From Rickettsiales bacterium (lineage in GTDB: Bacteria; Pseudomonadota; Alphaproteobacteria; Rickettsiales; UBA1997), in the NCBI GenBank assembly GCA_947425005.1, contig CANDYP010000001.1:1-59567 (forward strand): a stretch of 59,567 nt of DNA. Reading direction: 5' to 3'. The position numbers were made by a program, and so were the translations under genes. Below are positions 59,488 to 59,567 of the stretch, piece after piece (position 1 is the stretch's first letter; each line of letters opens with the position of its first letter). A model generated the notes under the pieces. That model was given only the letters and a program-made list of their open reading frames with translations. It was not told where the DNA came from and searched no databases.

Positions 59488-59567
59488 AAGAAACCCCCCT
59501 ACCCCCCTTGTCAGGGGGGCTTGATCGAGTTCGGTTTAAGCCCCCCTGATAAGGGGGGTAGGGGGGT
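59488..59567. repeat. GC-rich nested palindromic element, copy cut by the window end
   Basis: AAGAAACCCCCCTACCCCCCTTGTCAGGGGGGCTTGATCGAGTTCGGTTTAAGCCCCCCTGATAAGGGGGGTAGGGGGGT. Nearly identical to copy 1. It starts 4 nt after the hslU stop. Confidence 0.9.

Overview
This looks like a gene-dense chromosomal segment from an AT-rich alphaproteobacterium. By eye the GC content is roughly 40%, and the lineage may be an endosymbiont-like one with rearranged operons. Lineage markers include an ispDF fusion, a DUF1013/TrcR-type protein, an LDH-like Mdh, a hemD / Mic60-like / hemY-like cluster, and a remnant of a type-2 IleRS. About 60 CDS are mostly housekeeping: nuoF, priA, guaB, ftsI, mdh, tmk, rplY, prfA, metG, miaA, recO, ftsY, lysC, purM, rnc, recA, sucCD, dapD, pyrD, kdsB, rimK, engB, hslU. 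There are also two tRNAs, Arg-ACG and Lys-UUU. Small accessory modules are interspersed: hipBA with three operator-like palindromes, a VbhA/Fic toxin-antitoxin pair, and an AlbA_2/HATPase_c_4 regulator-like gene. Others are an orphan TauD/clavaminate-synthase-like oxygenase next to tRNA-Arg, a frameshifted BRO-N/DinD-like gene, a GNAT, and an RHH orphan. The most unusual signal is not a gene. It is a dispersed family of GC-rich nested palindromic elements with C6/G6 tracts, about 85-118 bp long, with at least 7 copies or fragments in the window. They usually abut stop codons. One copy is associated with an in-frame duplicated mdh 3' end, and two copies bracket a truncated ileS fragment. A second, unrelated 128-bp palindrome lies upstream of pyrD. 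nuoF and priA each carry a short GC-rich in-frame insertion, reminiscent of Rickettsia palindromic element behaviour. I found no rRNA, CRISPR array, transposase or integrase, and no convincing multi-gene novel defence system.
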